Shown here one piece after another: positions 1 through 8,125 of a stretch of DNA of 61,999 nt (its first letter is position 1; the number at the start of each line of letters is the position of its first letter). The position numbers and the translations under genes were made by a program. Origin of the DNA: a virus (lineage: Duplodnaviria; Caudoviricetes); the IMG/VR virus record IMGVR_UViG_3300008448_000076, positions 1 through 61,999 of that record, one strand, 5' to 3'. A model generated the notes under the pieces. That model was not told the DNA's origin. It made no database searches and worked only from the letters and a program-made list of their open reading frames with translations.

Positions 1-13
1 CGCCTGCCCCACC
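1..13. repeat. Terminal overlap CGCCTGCCCCACC, identical to 61987-61999
   Basis: Exact 13-nt match; merging the ends keeps the minus-strand ORF in frame. Confidence 0.9.
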
Positions 14-529
14 GCCACCACCTAAATTTGATTGTGCTGAAGGAACTGTTCCTCCACCAGCAATTCCACCATTTGCACCAGCCGTGCCTTGCGTTGAACC
101 AGAAGCATTGCCGCCAACGCCTGCTTCTCCAGCGCCGCCGCCGCCTGCTGAGTTAGAGGCAGAGCCACCAGAACCACCGCCTCCACCATACCCCGTCTGC
201 ACAGTGGTCATGACATTGCCGCCGAAGGTAGAGTTACCGCCACCGCCGCCGTTGCCGCCACCTGAGCCTGTGCCTGCCGTGCCGACAGTGCCGCCCGCTG
301 CTACGGAATAAGGTTCGGTCGTACCAAGGTCCGAAGCAAGATAGATGCGCTCAATGCGGGAAGCCCCACCGCCACCGCCACCGCCAGAGCCCGTTGTCCC
401 AACTGGGGATGCTTCGCCACCGCCTCCACCTCCACCTCCGCCAATCGTGATGACACGGACAAGGGTTGCACCGGACGGTTTTGTCCAGTTGCCGGATCCG
501 GATGTATATACTTTTACGTCCAGTGCCAT
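1..529 (-). CDS. Gly-rich virion/adhesin-like protein, paralogue A' (5' part; continues at 61622-61986 across the circular junction, ~297 aa in total)
   Basis: ATG at 529 gives MALDVKVYTSGSGNWTKPSG..., open to base 1 and colinear with 1548..2435; absent from the ORF track because it runs off the window edge. Confidence 0.85.
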   Translation of the reverse strand, partial: MALDVKVYTSGSGNWTKPSGATLVRVITIGGGGGGGGGEASPVGTTGSGGGGGGGASRIERIYLASDLGTTEPYSVAAGGTVGTAGTGSGGGNGGGGGNSTFGGNVMTTVQTGYGGGGGSGGSASNSAGGGGAGEAGVGGNASGSTQGTAGANGGIAGGGTVPSAQSNLGGGGGAG

Positions 530-540
530 TTTATTGCCCG

Positions 541-1551
541 TTAAATTACCGAGATCGAAACGATCTCTGATGGGTTTTCATAACTGATAACCCAAATTTC
601 GCCTCTGGCTCCTGCGCCGCCGTTGCCGCCGTCTGCTACACCACTTGTTCCTGCACCGCCGCCTCCTCCGCCTCCTCCGGGAGTGCCGCCATTGCCTCCG
701 TTACCGGCTTTGGTTACGGAATTGGAACCATCAGTACCACCCCCACCGCCTCCTCCTGACCCGGGTGCGGCGGCAAAACTATTTAAACCAGCGCCACCTT
801 GAATAGTTGTAGATGTTCCATTTCCTGTTCCTGCAGATCCGCCCGCAATGTAACGAGATGCACCACCAATACCACCACCTCCTATGAGGTTAACAGAAGA
901 CCGTCCGCCACCACTTGCTCCCGCACCAGCACCAAAAGGCGATGATCCACCGTTATATCCAACCTGCCCAAATGTATTTGATGTCCCACTTGCTCCTGCT
1001 CCACCCCCTTGAATCGATGTGGAGTTAGATGCGGCTGTTGTTCCTGCGCTTCCTGCAGAACCATTGTTGGCCCCCGCAGACCCCGCTGTTGCAGTTGTTG
1101 ATGAGCCTCCTGCCCCAGATAAACCAGCCCCACCTCCTCCACCAGAAGATCTAAAAACAGTTCCCCCTGCACCTCCTCCACCGCCATAAGCAATAAGCGT
1201 GGTGGTCCCAGAATTTGTTGTAAATGTTGTATTATTTCCTCCGGAGCCGTCTATACCACTGCCGCCGTTTGCAGTAGCTCCGCTTCCACCTAAAACAGAA
1301 GCTGCGACTGAATAAGATTCAGTAGCCCCAAATTGTGAAGCCGCAAGCGTTATATCAACAACACCCGCTCCGCCCCCACCAGCTCCACCGCCTCCGTAAC
1401 CTCCAGATCCCGTATTTGTTTTTGACCCCCCGCCTGCAGACCCACCCCCGCCGATCAGCACGAGACGGATGTATTGCGCCCATGGTTCTTTGGTCCATGT
1501 GCCGGAGCCGGATGTGAATTTTTCGACTTTAACCTGAGAAATGCTACTCAT
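541..1551 (-). CDS. Gly-rich virion/adhesin-like protein, paralogue B
   Basis: FTSGSGTWTK...LIGGGG...GARGEIWV pattern of phage glycine-rich domains; lies in the tail module. Confidence 0.8.
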   Translation of the reverse strand: MSSISQVKVEKFTSGSGTWTKEPWAQYIRLVLIGGGGSAGGGSKTNTGSGGYGGGGAGGGGAGVVDITLAASQFGATESYSVAASVLGGSGATANGGSGIDGSGGNNTTFTTNSGTTTLIAYGGGGGAGGTVFRSSGGGGGAGLSGAGGSSTTATAGSAGANNGSAGSAGTTAASNSTSIQGGGAGASGTSNTFGQVGYNGGSSPFGAGAGASGGGRSSVNLIGGGGIGGASRYIAGGSAGTGNGTSTTIQGGAGLNSFAAAPGSGGGGGGGTDGSNSVTKAGNGGNGGTPGGGGGGGGAGTSGVADGGNGGAGARGEIWVISYENPSEIVSISVI

Positions 1552-2435
1552 TCTGAGACCACAATGACAACGCCATCGCCCCCTGCGCCGCCAGCGCCTG
1601 CTGTGCTACCTGTAATCGTCCCGCCGCCACCGCCGCCGCCGCCTCCAAACAAGCCTCCTGCGCCCCCGCTTGCAGAACCTCCCGGAAAAGAAGTTCCGCC
1701 GCCTCCACCGGAACCGGCAAAAGTCATGTTTCCACGACCCCCGACAAAAGTTGCTGCGGCTGCATCAAGAATAGCTGTGCGGTTTTGACCTCCTACCCCA
1801 CCGCCTGTGTATATTGTGCCTGCCGTTTTAGAGCCGCCACCACCTCCGCCACCTGCTCCTAAAATAGAAGCTCCACCCAAAGAACCAGTAGAATTGCTAA
1901 CAGTTCCCCCACCGCCACCGCCGCCCAAGTTTGATTGAGCTGGAACAGGATTGTTTGTTGTCCCCGCAATCCCTCCGTTTGCGCCTGCTGCACCGACTGT
2001 TGCAACACCTCCGTTTCCACCAGCACCTGATAATCCAGCGCCACCGCCGCCTCCGGATGTGTTGGTTGTTCCCCCAGCTCCCCCGCCGCCGCCGTAAGCG
2101 TATTGCACAGTCGTCAGCACATTACCGCCAAACGACGATGTGCCGCCAATACCACCTGTGCCGCCTCCGGCTCCTGTTCCTGCGGTTCCAGCCGCTCCAC
2201 CTGCACCGACAGAATATGGCTCGGTAGAGCCAAGAGAAGATGCAAGATAAGTAGCACGGGTAAGAGCCGCTCCGCCTCCTCCACCTCCACCAGATGCTAA
2301 AGTTGTTGAAGCCCGCGTATCACCTCCGCCACCTCCGCCCCCGCCGCCAATGCAGGTGACCGTCACGAGTTTGGCCCATGACGGTTTGGTCCAGTTACCC
2401 GAACCTGACGTGAAGATTTGTACGTCTATGCTCAT
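1548..2435 (-). CDS. Gly-rich virion/adhesin-like protein, paralogue A
   Basis: IFTSGSGNWTKP...IGGGGGG...GGDGVVIV; ATGA-coupled to the next gene. Confidence 0.8.
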   Translation of the reverse strand: MSIDVQIFTSGSGNWTKPSWAKLVTVTCIGGGGGGGGGDTRASTTLASGGGGGGGAALTRATYLASSLGSTEPYSVGAGGAAGTAGTGAGGGTGGIGGTSSFGGNVLTTVQYAYGGGGGAGGTTNTSGGGGGAGLSGAGGNGGVATVGAAGANGGIAGTTNNPVPAQSNLGGGGGGGTVSNSTGSLGGASILGAGGGGGGGSKTAGTIYTGGGVGGQNRTAILDAAAATFVGGRGNMTFAGSGGGGGTSFPGGSASGGAGGLFGGGGGGGGGTITGSTAGAGGAGGDGVVIVVSE

Positions 2436-2731
2436 TATTCCTCCGGCGGAGGATCAGGCTGCGGAGCAGGTGTAACGTGTCCTGTAGCAAGGTCCATTGT
2501 GTCACCAATGTTCATCTGTGCATCGGGACGAACAGCCAGATAGGTAAACTCACGCGGAGGCGGCTTGATCTCGTAGTTGGCCGGAGGCGTTGGGTCAGGT
2601 TCACCATACTCACACGTGATGTATCGGCCATAGCCCGGCCAATAGGTCTGCGGATACGGATTATCCACTAAGATGCCATTCAATTTCACGCCGTTCTCAT
2701 CGAGCACAGCGTAACGCAATGCTTCTGTCAT
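2435..2731 (-). CDS. Small tail-associated protein, possible fibre assembly chaperone
   Basis: RYAVLDENG...IGD...APQP style; directly upstream of the Gly-rich genes, TAATG coupling. Confidence 0.5.
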   Translation of the reverse strand: MTEALRYAVLDENGVKLNGILVDNPYPQTYWPGYGRYITCEYGEPDPTPPANYEIKPPPREFTYLAVRPDAQMNIGDTMDLATGHVTPAPQPDPPPEE

Positions 2732-2748
2732 GACTCAACACTCCAGCG

Positions 2749-3207
2749 TTAAGCAATCCGGATGAGCGCGTTAGACGCATCTGCTGTCGGGAAGATAATG
2801 GTGAACGTACCCGAAGAGACCGTCTTGTCCGAACCGAAGTCCAGAACACAAACAGCCGGATCCGTAAGACCCAGACCGCTTGTCGGAGTTGAGTTGTAAA
2901 TCAACGCGCCGCGGGCAGTGAACGATGCCGAGGTCCACGAAACGTCAGCAAAATCCGTGAAGGCTGTCGTGCCGCTGCTTGTCGGATTGACATTTGTGAG
3001 CGTCTCGCCACCGGCAACATACGCCGAACCTGACGTATTGGTGATTTCGTTCGACGAAGAATAGGCCGTTGTCGATGCGTTCAGCGTGGCCGAATCCGTA
3101 TACAAGGCGATCTTGAACGTATCGCCGCCGCTACGAAAATCATGCGCGGCTTGCATAAGCTGCGTCTTGAAAGACGTAGTCATGTAGTTACCCGAGAATG
3201 CCATCAA
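2749..3207 (-). CDS. Virion structural protein
   Basis: Thr/Ser-rich beta-type sequence (FKIALYT...AFTDFAD...ARGALIYN...VLDFG) in the tail module. Confidence 0.7.
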   Translation of the reverse strand: MMAFSGNYMTTSFKTQLMQAAHDFRSGGDTFKIALYTDSATLNASTTAYSSSNEITNTSGSAYVAGGETLTNVNPTSSGTTAFTDFADVSWTSASFTARGALIYNSTPTSGLGLTDPAVCVLDFGSDKTVSSGTFTIIFPTADASNALIRIA

Positions 3208-3491
3208 ACTCTCCTAACAAAATCGGCAAGATGCCCGTTACCTGTTTCAACTAAGCTATTGACTAACATAGAATTGTTGTCCTTGATAGCTTCTTTGATG
3301 TAATACAGGATCATTGCTTCAATCTGATTCCTGTATGCAAGCGCCTGTTCCTTGATGAACGGCGGAGCTGTTTCGGAAACAGACACGATTTTACTCGTAG
3401 CCAGCTTCGCCCAAAACTCCGGGTTGTGACCACCACCTTCGGAGGTTGCCACATCCACGCTAATCTGTCCCATTCCAAGAGCATTAAACAT
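3204..3491 (-). CDS. Hypothetical protein, structural module
   Basis: Translationally coupled on both sides. Confidence 0.7.
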   Translation of the reverse strand: MFNALGMGQISVDVATSEGGGHNPEFWAKLATSKIVSVSETAPPFIKEQALAYRNQIEAMILYYIKEAIKDNNSMLVNSLVETGNGHLADFVRRV

Positions 3492-4126
3492 CAGTTCGCC
3501 TGTACCCTAATGAGGCCGTCGCGATAAGCATCGTCATTTTCGCGGCCTTCGCCATAGTTCTTGAGACGTGCCAGAGATTCATTGAACCGCTGGTTATAAA
3601 GATTAAGCAGATCAGGCTCACCCTTCATGAAGGTATAAGCCTCGACCAAGCAGCCATAGAGCAGTGCCTGTTGAGCATTGTCGCCAAGCCACGAAGTACC
3701 AGACGTGACAATGCTCGGTGGGCGATAATAATAATGGAGTTCTACCGAATAATTTCCAGCGGGAGTTGGTGCAATAAGGAAGTTGTCCACGTCAAAAAGC
3801 GCGTAATACTTCGGAACACCTGTCGCACCTGTCGGATTATACTCTTGCAGATACTCAACATCCTTCATCAAAAGGAAATTTGTCGAGCCATTTACCGTAA
3901 CACTAAGGCTGAACGGAGCAAGATAATCCCCCGGAACCGTCAGATACTTGTTGCCGGTGCTCATGCTTCCGGTCTGGTTCTTACGAAAAACTTCGAGATC
4001 GACAGCATAGAGCAGCCTTTCCTCAGCGTTCTGGATGAACGTGTCGATGTTATCGTTAAATGTTGTCTCGTCGTACTGAGTGAAGTCCTTGATGGCCTGC
4101 ACCAGCGTTGCATAAGTCCATGCCAT
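3491..4126 (-). CDS. Putative head-tail adaptor/neck protein
   Basis: MAWTYATL...FIQNAE...G.PKYY...APTP...LLYGCL pattern resembling podovirus adaptors. Confidence 0.55.
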   Translation of the reverse strand: MAWTYATLVQAIKDFTQYDETTFNDNIDTFIQNAEERLLYAVDLEVFRKNQTGSMSTGNKYLTVPGDYLAPFSLSVTVNGSTNFLLMKDVEYLQEYNPTGATGVPKYYALFDVDNFLIAPTPAGNYSVELHYYYRPPSIVTSGTSWLGDNAQQALLYGCLVEAYTFMKGEPDLLNLYNQRFNESLARLKNYGEGRENDDAYRDGLIRVQAN

Positions 4127-4431
4127 TAGGTGATCTCCACTCTAACTACACCCAACTGGGTCACTCCCTGTAGGAGATTGTTTTGCACAAATGGGAAAAT
4201 ATCATATCCGACCGGAACATCCATAGGTTCTTTACGATCCGGGCGTGGATAAAGCAGAGCCTGCGGTTCGGTCGGCGGGTAGATCGGATCAAGCTGCGGC
4301 TGCTTTGCTTCCCAGCATTCCGGGCAAGTGCGAAGTCCGTTCCACTCTTGACGCAACTGCAGGTAGTCATACTGGAACCCGCAACGGTCACAGATGGCCT
4401 GAGATCTTGCGCCTACAGCAAACCGCGTCAT
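4126..4431 (-). CDS. Small Zn-ribbon protein
   Basis: CDRC...CPEC pairs; coupled to both neighbours. Confidence 0.7.
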   Translation of the reverse strand: MTRFAVGARSQAICDRCGFQYDYLQLRQEWNGLRTCPECWEAKQPQLDPIYPPTEPQALLYPRPDRKEPMDVPVGYDIFPFVQNNLLQGVTQLGVVRVEIT

Positions 4432-5117
4432 CAGATCACCCTATACGAAGAACGCCCCGGTGTCAGGTTCAACGAAGCACGATCACGATCCTCAGCTGCG
4501 GCACGAATAAACTCTTCATCGTACATGGCCTTTAGCATCTGAGTACGCTCAGGAGCCTTCTTCATCGAGATATAGTAGGCAAGACCTGCAGCAAGGCACG
4601 GATAGAAACGGAACGGGATCTCCAGCGTATTCACGCCAGCCGATGCATCGTCCATTCGCACCAGCTTATTGACGACGAGATAATATGTCTGGTCCGGTGT
4701 CGGCCAGACCTTGATCACCGGAGTAATCTGACGATCCACGAAGTACTGGACAGGGCGCCCCTGTGTCAGCTTGTTCGGGATGTTGAGGTAGTATTCCCGG
4801 CTGATGCGATCCACAGTCAGGTCAGACTGGCTTGACGTACCAACCCCGTTGGCATTTCTGACAACAGCTTCGATCACATCAATGTCAGATGTTGCCAGTG
4901 TGTAGTCACTGACCCCGGCAGTCAAAGTAATGCTCTGCTCCTCAATCGTCCACTGATTGAGACCGCGATTGGCCCAGTCGGCAAGCAAAAGGTTCAGGCT
5001 ACGACGCGATGTGCGCTGGTCGTAACCCGTCTTGATCTCAAGGCCGCAGCGTTCCCACGCTTCTTCGATATACTCTGCGACATCAAGTTCAAACGATTTG
5101 GTGCCAGAAAGGGCCAT
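4431..5117 (-). CDS. Putative head-tail adaptor (tubular protein A-like)
   Basis: IEEAWERCG...RRSLNLL...G.P.QYF...WPTPD pattern and position. Confidence 0.55.
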   Translation of the reverse strand: MALSGTKSFELDVAEYIEEAWERCGLEIKTGYDQRTSRRSLNLLLADWANRGLNQWTIEEQSITLTAGVSDYTLATSDIDVIEAVVRNANGVGTSSQSDLTVDRISREYYLNIPNKLTQGRPVQYFVDRQITPVIKVWPTPDQTYYLVVNKLVRMDDASAGVNTLEIPFRFYPCLAAGLAYYISMKKAPERTQMLKAMYDEEFIRAAAEDRDRASLNLTPGRSSYRVI

Positions 5118-5125
5118 TACTTACC

Positions 5126-5563
5126 TCAATAAATTTTGCAGGGTTTGGATCGTGCGCCAGCTTTCCCGCTATTTGGTGTCACAGCAGAACGTGATCCTTT
5201 TGATGCCGACTTCGACACCATGCCGCCTTTTTTAAAGCCAAGGGCCGAACGTGCTCCACTCTGGGTCATCGGGGGAGGCGGAGCTCCACCTGAAAGCATC
5301 CCGACTGGGGGTACGCTAGGGCCAGAGGAAGAAGGCATGTTTGCAGGCATCGGAGGAGTTTGAGACGCCAGTTTACCTGCCATAACTGACAAGTTCGGCG
5401 GAGGAGCGGCGTTCTGAGGCATAACAGGCGTTATTACATCTGGACGACCAATACCCGGACGAACGGCCATCGGACCGCGACCGCGAAAGCCTTCGCGATT
5501 GTAGCCGCGATCCATTGAAGCACGGGGGCCTTGCATCTGTTTACCCATACCGGAGCGCATCAT
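5126..5563 (-). CDS. Low-complexity basic protein with FKKGG motif
   Basis: Pro/Met/Gly-rich; ATGA overlap with the upstream ORF. Confidence 0.75.
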   Translation of the reverse strand: MMRSGMGKQMQGPRASMDRGYNREGFRGRGPMAVRPGIGRPDVITPVMPQNAAPPPNLSVMAGKLASQTPPMPANMPSSSGPSVPPVGMLSGGAPPPPMTQSGARSALGFKKGGMVSKSASKGSRSAVTPNSGKAGARSKPCKIY

Positions 5564-5703
5564 TTGCGTTTTCCTTTTGCCATGCCGCCCTTTTTCATGG
5601 CGACGGGTTTCATCATTTTCTTGTCTGTCTTGGCTTGTTTCTTCGGCTTCTTTGAAGCCTTGTTAAACATTCCAAGAGCGAGCATTCCACTTGCGCCAGC
5701 CAT
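5560..5703 (-). CDS. 47-aa Lys-rich microprotein (MAGASG...AMKKGGMAKGKRK)
   Basis: Translated by hand; fills the gap between neighbours; below the ORF-track length cutoff. Confidence 0.75.
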   Translation of the reverse strand: MAGASGMLALGMFNKASKKPKKQAKTDKKMMKPVAMKKGGMAKGKRK

Positions 5704-5704
5704 A

Positions 5705-5977
5705 TCAGTACATCTTTCCTTTGCCCTTGCCTTTTACGGCCTTGCCACAACCACGGACCATGCCGCCTTTGGCATAGCCTTCAAACGGACTCTTCAGGTA
5801 AGGTCTGCCCTTCCTCTTTATCTTTTCAAGCTTTTCGACCCCTTCAAAATGTTTTTGAAGTCCTTTTATCCGACGTAGTTCTCTCAGTTTAGCCTCTTCA
5901 CGACCCTCAAAAGTATCCTCATACCTTTTATCGGTATCGCCAGATCCAATTTTACTGAAATCGATATCGTCTGCCAT
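5705..5977 (-). CDS. Small protein ending YAKGGMVRGCGKAVKGKGKGKMY
   Basis: ORF track; tight packing in the late operon. Confidence 0.75.
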   Translation of the reverse strand: MADDIDFSKIGSGDTDKRYEDTFEGREEAKLRELRRIKGLQKHFEGVEKLEKIKRKGRPYLKSPFEGYAKGGMVRGCGKAVKGKGKGKMY

Positions 5978-5978
5978 G

Positions 5979-6149
5979 TCACTTACCCTTCTTCTTGGGC
6001 TTGCTCATGCCAGCTTCTGACAGAGCGATTGCGATAGCTTGCTTAGGGTTCTTTACCACAGGACCCTTCTTACCGGAATGCAGGGTGCCGGACTTATATT
6101 CCCGCATCACCTTGCCAATCTTCTTCTGTGTCTTCGTAGGTTTCTTCAT
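5979..6149 (-). CDS. 56-aa basic microprotein, DUF6496-like
   Basis: Hand translation MKKPTKTQKKIGKVMREYKSGTLHSG...KQAIAIALSEAG; ATGA coupling. Confidence 0.75.
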   Translation of the reverse strand: MKKPTKTQKKIGKVMREYKSGTLHSGKKGPVVKNPKQAIAIALSEAGMSKPKKKGK

Positions 6150-6304
6150 TTCGACCTCGCAGCACGCATGTTATCGACGAGATTCGGGTAGGGACGACCG
6201 GCCTTTGCTGCCGCAGCTTTGGCCTTTGCCTTCTGGGCAGGGGTCAAAGACTTCGGCTTACCGAGTTTGGCAGGACGCTTTTTGTCCCAGACTGGCTTCT
6301 TCAT
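6146..6304 (-). CDS. 52-aa basic microprotein (MKKPVWDKKRP...GRPYPNLVDNMRAARSK)
   Basis: Hand translation; ATGA overlaps at both ends. Confidence 0.75.
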   Translation of the reverse strand: MKKPVWDKKRPAKLGKPKSLTPAQKAKAKAAAAKAGRPYPNLVDNMRAARSK

Positions 6305-6507
6305 TTGCCGCGGCCCTTTGGTTTGCCGATAGCAATCATGATAGCGACGCCCGGCTTCTTAGCCATGCCGCCCTTCTTCATACCCATCATCGGCTTCATG
6401 CCTTTCGACGGAGCCATGCCACCCATAGGCATCGAGGAGCCCATCTTCTTCGGCATCTTGGCCTTGTTCTTTGCAACACGGCCTTTGATTGTTGATTTCT
6501 TCATCAT
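6301..6507 (-). CDS. 68-aa Lys/Met/Gly-rich microprotein with MKKGG motif
   Basis: ORF track; ATGA overlaps. Confidence 0.75.
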   Translation of the reverse strand: MMKKSTIKGRVAKNKAKMPKKMGSSMPMGGMAPSKGMKPMMGMKKGGMAKKPGVAIMIAIGKPKGRGK

Positions 6508-6794
6508 GGTTTCATTCCTGCGATGCGGTCGATCTTCTCTTCCAAGCGATCAAAACGGGTGATCAACTGGTTCTGCGTATTCTGAAGATCTATCTTTGTG
6601 ACATAGGTCTTCGGAACATCTTCACGGTGCTCAGCCATCGACTTCCAGATCCTTTCAATCGATGCGCTGCTCGACTCCGCAATAGATGTAATGCGGTTAT
6701 TAAGGTACACCAAAATCCAGAAAAGGGGAATAAGAACAAGCGACAGAAGGCCGTTCCAAATGAGTTCAAAGGGGATGTTCATTTGCACCTCCAA
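6504..6794 (-). CDS. Single-TM plus coiled-coil protein
   Basis: N-terminal hydrophobic helix, then YVTK.D...RLEEKID. Confidence 0.7.
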   Translation of the reverse strand: MEVQMNIPFELIWNGLLSLVLIPLFWILVYLNNRITSIAESSSASIERIWKSMAEHREDVPKTYVTKIDLQNTQNQLITRFDRLEEKIDRIAGMKP

Positions 6795-7066
6795 CGCTTA
6801 CGTGCTTGCCGGAGGCGGCTGTTCGGATCCTTGGCTGCCTCAGGGAATTGTTTCATCTGGCCCTCAGACCGAGCACAGAAGGACTTACGGCGCTTTGCCC
6901 GGTCACCAGTAGGATTTGACTCGGTAACAGCGGTCTGAAGTTTTGATCCCGGATTGGCTTTCCGGTAAGCTTTGACACCTTTCTCCGTCATGCCAGCACC
7001 CTGCTTGGTCGGACGGAAGTTGCCTGATTTGACTGAGGTACGGATACCCATGCCCTTCTTAGCCAT
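6779..7066 (-). CDS. Basic conserved phage protein, DUF6321-like
   Basis: GMTEKG...NPGSKL...RRKSFCAR...DPNSRL...RWRC. Confidence 0.7.
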   Translation of the reverse strand: MAKKGMGIRTSVKSGNFRPTKQGAGMTEKGVKAYRKANPGSKLQTAVTESNPTGDRAKRRKSFCARSEGQMKQFPEAAKDPNSRLRQARKRWRCK

Positions 7067-7854
7067 TATGGTGTCCCCGCATCGTTCTTGATGAGAACAA
7101 AGTCGAACATGCTTGAGCAGGCATTGTTTGTTCCGGTGCCGATAGCTTGGGCCTCCATCGTTGTCTTCTCAGGAACGACAATTGGAAACTCAAACTTATA
7201 GTCAGCTGTGCCATTATTAACCGTTGTGACGGCAGCAGTGCGTCGAATATCACTTTCGTCGCGGGTCATCAGACGGCCCGTCACAGGGCCTGAGCCTGAA
7301 GACTGACCTGAAGAAAATAAGCCCTCTGTCAGATAAGCAGTGTACCCGGCAGGAACTGTAAAGCTGCCTGTAACACGAGAGTTATAATCGTACTGGATAA
7401 TATCATAAACCGTGGCCGGTACACCGGCAGTCACGACACCTGTTCCAAAGTAGATATTTCCGGCAGCGGAGTTTAGCGACCCGGCAGAAACAACGTAGCA
7501 GTTGTTTATGTGAATGTAGGACTTCGTCGTTGTGACTGCTGTCTGCCCGTTTAGGGTTACAATCTCAGAGATAACTTTGTGGTTGCTGTCCAATCCCTCA
7601 AGGTACACTGTCCTTGCACCTGTTCCAGCAGACGTGTCATTGACACTATCAGAACTTACCGAAAGTTGGATGGCGTTTGAGGGAAAGGTCAGAATGCCGC
7701 CATACGGCCACACCGTCTCAAGAGACGTATCAACATCGGAGTTATATCCGAAAACAACGTAACTTTGATGCCACGGGATTTGACCACGGCCTACCTGTAG
7801 CTCAAATGGCTCGTAAGCTCCGGTACGTGTAACTGAGGACGGGGCTCCGGCCAT
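7066..7854 (-). CDS. Putative virion structural protein
   Basis: Beta-rich, D...GTGARTV.LEGLD motif; downstream of capsid genes. Confidence 0.6.
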   Translation of the reverse strand: MAGAPSSVTRTGAYEPFELQVGRGQIPWHQSYVVFGYNSDVDTSLETVWPYGGILTFPSNAIQLSVSSDSVNDTSAGTGARTVYLEGLDSNHKVISEIVTLNGQTAVTTTKSYIHINNCYVVSAGSLNSAAGNIYFGTGVVTAGVPATVYDIIQYDYNSRVTGSFTVPAGYTAYLTEGLFSSGQSSGSGPVTGRLMTRDESDIRRTAAVTTVNNGTADYKFEFPIVVPEKTTMEAQAIGTGTNNACSSMFDFVLIKNDAGTP

Positions 7855-7866
7855 GGGTCAAAGGTC

Positions 7867-8124
7867 CTATTCGACTGGTGCTTCGTTCACTAACACGAGG
7901 CCATTTGTCCAGAGTTCTGAACCGAAATGAACCTGCTTAGGTATATCCGAATTTACGATTGTGTCCAAGACATCATTGTCGAAGGCACCGGACGAGATGT
8001 AATTTGTCACCGGAGGGTTGCCATCTGGCGAATAACCCGCCGTGAAGTATCCGTCCCCGACGAGGGCCTGCATGGCGGCCTGATCCGCAGCGGCAATGAT
8101 GACTGATGCGAAAGTGTAATCCAT
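7867..8124 (-). CDS. Hypothetical protein
   Basis: ORF in the late operon. Confidence 0.6.
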   Translation of the reverse strand: MDYTFASVIIAAADQAAMQALVGDGYFTAGYSPDGNPPVTNYISSGAFDNDVLDTIVNSDIPKQVHFGSELWTNGLVLVNEAPVE

Positions 8125-8125
8125 G

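Noticed and set aside
84-1788. Pro-rich plus-strand ORFs (84..311, 345..587, 1474..1788; also 60430..61212)
   Set aside because: Antisense shadows of Gly codons in the real minus-strand genes
541-2435. Diversity-generating retroelement acting on the Gly-rich paralogues
   Set aside because: No reverse transcriptase seen, and no near-identical repeat pair differing only at adenines
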